From a virus (Duplodnaviria > Caudoviricetes), in the IMG/VR virus record IMGVR_UViG_3300037502_001252, positions 1-47,983 of that record: a stretch of 47,983 bases of DNA. One strand, given 5' to 3'. This document shows, piece by piece, positions 45,595 through 47,983 of the stretch. The notes under the pieces were generated by a model. The model did no database searches. It saw only the letters and a program-made list of their open reading frames with translations, and had not been told where the DNA came from. Position numbers and translations under genes: made by a program. Every line of letters begins with the position of its first letter. Positions within the stretch are counted from its first letter, which is position 1.

Positions 45595-45965
45595 TGTTAG
45601 GAATAGCCGCACGTATGGCAGCAAAAATGGCTGCTAAAAAAATGGGCAAACAGGCTTCAAAAGAAGCAGACGAAATCCCACGCTATACACAATCTAAGGG
45701 TTTTAAGGATCTTGAGAAGGCTCAAAAAAATAGTGGACCAGAAGCCGTTATTAGAGATATGGAAAAAGGCATCGCTGCTGTTTCAATCCCTACCGCTATT
45801 CAGTACGCTGCTAATAAACCATCGCCTGAAGTAAAAGAAGAAGCACCCCCACCTAAAGAAGAATCAAGCGAAAATAGTTATAAACGTGGAGGCAAAGTAT
45901 CCTCTGCTTCTAAACGCGCCGATGGTTGTTGTATCAAAGGTAAAACTAAAGGGCGGATTGTTTGA
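45594..45965 (+). CDS. Small protein with YKRGGKV...KGKTKGRIV tail
   Basis: ORF, TAATG overlap. Confidence 0.75.
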   Translation: MLGIAARMAAKMAAKKMGKQASKEADEIPRYTQSKGFKDLEKAQKNSGPEAVIRDMEKGIAAVSIPTAIQYAANKPSPEVKEEAPPPKEESSENSYKRGGKVSSASKRADGCCIKGKTKGRIV

Positions 45966-46210
45966 TGGAGATGATGATATGGAACATAGTCCTAACTGTA
46001 CTCGTGGCAATTATGGGATTTGTTCTTAAAGAAAAGTTTGCCGAGATTAATCGGCTTGGTATCTTGTTGAATAGAACTAGAGAGGAGGTCGCTCGTGACC
46101 ACATCACTCGTGCAGAAGTCCATAGAGATATGGAAAAAATTATGGAACGCTTTGACGCAGGCATTAATCGCCTTGAGGCTAAGATTGACGAACTTGGTAA
46201 ACGGAATTAA
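45962..46210 (+). CDS. Small membrane-anchored coiled-coil protein
   Basis: N-terminal TM helix, then RLEAKIDEL; ATG at 45965 is an alternative start. Confidence 0.7.
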   Translation: MMEMMIWNIVLTVLVAIMGFVLKEKFAEINRLGILLNRTREEVARDHITRAEVHRDMEKIMERFDAGINRLEAKIDELGKRN

Positions 46211-46212
46211 AA

Positions 46213-46743
46213 ATGCCTTCCGTAAGTAAAAAACAACACAATTTCATGGCGGCTGTGGCTAATAACCCTAAGTTTGCTAAAAAAGTTGGAGTTAAATCAT
46301 CTATTGGAGAAGAGTTTATGAAAGCAGACAAAGGACGTAAATTCAAGGCTGGTGGCTTAAAAGAAGTTGATTCTGATAGCAATCCAGGTTTAGCTAAATT
46401 ACCAACTGAAGTGAGGAACAAAATGGGTTACATGAAAAAAGGTGGCGAAGCAAAGGCTATGGTTAAAAAAGAAGTCGAGTTCATGAAGAAAAAGGGCGCT
46501 CCAAAGTCCATGATTAAGCATGAAATGGCTGAAGCCAAAGGCATGAAAAAAGGCGGTTACGCTAAAGGCGGTATGTCGGAGTGCAAAACGATTGCCAAGA
46601 AAGAAGTAAAGTCCCACGAAAAGCGTATGCACAAGATGGCCAGCGGTGGCAAGGTAGCCCAATTATCTAAGGCAAATGGCGTTGCCACTAAAGGCAAAAC
46701 CAAAGGCAAAATGGTCAAAATGGCTTATGGCGGAAAGTGCTAA
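46213..46743 (+). CDS. Lys/Met-rich basic protein with six xxGG motifs
   Basis: MPSVSKKQHNFMAAVANNPKFAKKVG start; repeated MKKGG. Confidence 0.8.
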   Translation: MPSVSKKQHNFMAAVANNPKFAKKVGVKSSIGEEFMKADKGRKFKAGGLKEVDSDSNPGLAKLPTEVRNKMGYMKKGGEAKAMVKKEVEFMKKKGAPKSMIKHEMAEAKGMKKGGYAKGGMSECKTIAKKEVKSHEKRMHKMASGGKVAQLSKANGVATKGKTKGKMVKMAYGGKC

Positions 46744-46744
46744 T

Positions 46745-47356
46745 ATGAAAAAGAAAGTCCGCAAATTCCAAGAAGGCGGCTTTAGTAAAGAGCAAGAAGA
46801 GTGGTTGGGTGGTGCTGATCGCACCGATCCATACATTCTGGCTCGTATGCGTAGAGCTGTTCCTGATAAAGTCACGACTACCACGACTGAAGTGGGCGAT
46901 GATTCCCCAGCTGGTAAATCTGGTTATGGCGAACAAAATGAATTGCCACAGTTTGCAGAAGTTAAAAAGACTGTAACTCGTGTGTCTGCTCCTAAACCAG
47001 CCGTAAAACCGTCAGCTCCACAGACTATCCCTCAGGAAGAAAAAGATCGCAGAGCCGAGTTAGAGAAAAAACAGGCTTTAATTAATGTTAGCCCAGAGGA
47101 CTACCTTCCGGGCGTTGGTATGGTTAAAGGTCTCTTAAAGAAGGGTCTGACCCGTTTAATGAAGCCAGGCATGAAGACATACACCCCTGCCGAGTTTGAA
47201 GCGATGACCCCTAAATTGGGTCGTGAGAATCTTAAATTGGGTATGAAAAAAGGCGGGTCTGTTAAAAAGATGGCTAGTGGTGGAAAGGTATCATCCGCAT
47301 CTAAACGTGCCGATGGTTGTGCTATTAAGGGTAAAACCCGTGGAAGGATTGTGTGA
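46745..47356 (+). CDS. Protein with FQEGG N-terminus and MKKGG...KGKTRGRIV tail
   Basis: Start reassigned to ATG 46745. Confidence 0.75.
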   Translation: MKKKVRKFQEGGFSKEQEEWLGGADRTDPYILARMRRAVPDKVTTTTTEVGDDSPAGKSGYGEQNELPQFAEVKKTVTRVSAPKPAVKPSAPQTIPQEEKDRRAELEKKQALINVSPEDYLPGVGMVKGLLKKGLTRLMKPGMKTYTPAEFEAMTPKLGRENLKLGMKKGGSVKKMASGGKVSSASKRADGCAIKGKTRGRIV

Positions 47357-47983
47357 TGCCTAATTACCGTAAACCTACTGAAAAAGAAACTGAAAAGCTC
47401 AATAAATCCCGCAAGATGATGGTTGAGGGTATTGAGGGAGAAAAAGACCTTCTTTCCAAAATTTCGACAACGATGGCTAAAGATGCACGTGATCAAATTC
47501 GTGCTGGCAAAGCCTTACGGGAAACTGTACCTTCTGTTGCCAGAGAAGGCGAGGCATACGAATATGCTGGTTACAAAAAAGGTGGCAAAGTGAAAAAAAT
47601 GCGTAAGTTTGAAGAAGGCGGTTTATCATCGTCTGGGTTTGGAGCTGGTCTTAGTTCAATGCGAGATTCAAGCAATAAAAAAACTTCGGGTTTTTCAGAG
47701 GCACACGATAAAGCGCAAAGACTTGGTCTTGAACCTGGATCAGAAGATTATCGTAAGGTTGTTGATCAACAAATGCGTAATCCATCAGAAAGAAGTCGCA
47801 ATCAGGCGCTTGAAAAAGTAAAAGATACTGCCGTAAGAATGGCTGGTCGATTAGCAGATATGACACCTCAGGGTCGTTTGACTAGAGGTGCTGTAGAAAT
47901 GGCAAGAAGACCATCTAGAGCCTTAGAAGGCGAATCTTCTTTTGAGCAAGAAATGGGTATGAAAAAAGGCGGTAAGGTTAAAT
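47356..47983 (+). CDS. Basic protein with YKKGGKV, FEEGG, MKKGGKV motifs (3' truncated, not in ORF track)
   Basis: Manual translation MPNYRKPTEKE..., open to window end; TGATG overlap. Confidence 0.75.
   Translation, partial: MPNYRKPTEKETEKLNKSRKMMVEGIEGEKDLLSKISTTMAKDARDQIRAGKALRETVPSVAREGEAYEYAGYKKGGKVKKMRKFEEGGLSSSGFGAGLSSMRDSSNKKTSGFSEAHDKAQRLGLEPGSEDYRKVVDQQMRNPSERSRNQALEKVKDTAVRMAGRLADMTPQGRLTRGAVEMARRPSRALEGESSFEQEMGMKKGGKVK

Noticed and set aside
1-47983. Alternative genetic code, tRNA genes, integrase or att site
   Set aside because: Long genes are intact in code 11 using all three stops; no cloverleaf with T-loop or recombinase motif found by eye (tRNAscan-SE would confirm)

Overview
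About 48 kb of a tailed dsDNA phage genome (podovirus-like; no integrase, DNA polymerase, rRNA, tRNA or CRISPR array seen). A CTGT-N8-ACAG SOS box suggests a beta/gamma-proteobacterial host; a freshwater Betaproteobacteria phage is my inference. Gene order: lysozyme end, tail and ejection proteins (SLT protein; 2093-aa polyvalent protein with HExxH and LPD38-like C-terminus) on +; small genes plus ERF recombinase and PD-(D/E)XK exonuclease on -; RusA-like nuclease, a dense non-coding regulatory region, ParB-like protein, SF2 helicase, a DNA-modification block (modular C5-MTase with a nested alternative-frame gene, TGT-fold protein, QueD-like protein) and Toprim primase on +; an early-type small-gene operon on - diverging across a repeat array from an amidoligase + class II GATase pair; then terS, LexA-like HTH, terL, portal, GroES-like, scaffold, capsid genes, a glycosyltransferase and an array of small basic proteins. 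Main leads: (1) a shared (F/Y/M/L)-x-x-G-G-x-V tag and KGKT(K/R)G(R/K) tail on small head-module proteins, with the GG tag also on ejection proteins; (2) several candidate structured RNAs, including a chained pseudoknot leader after the capsid gene, a kissing-loop RNA and an SOS-box-controlled anti-RBS sRNA; (3) a minimal TGT-like + Cys-less QueD-like module; (4) a mosaic gene family built on identical nucleotide blocks. All family calls are from motif recognition by eye, not database searches.
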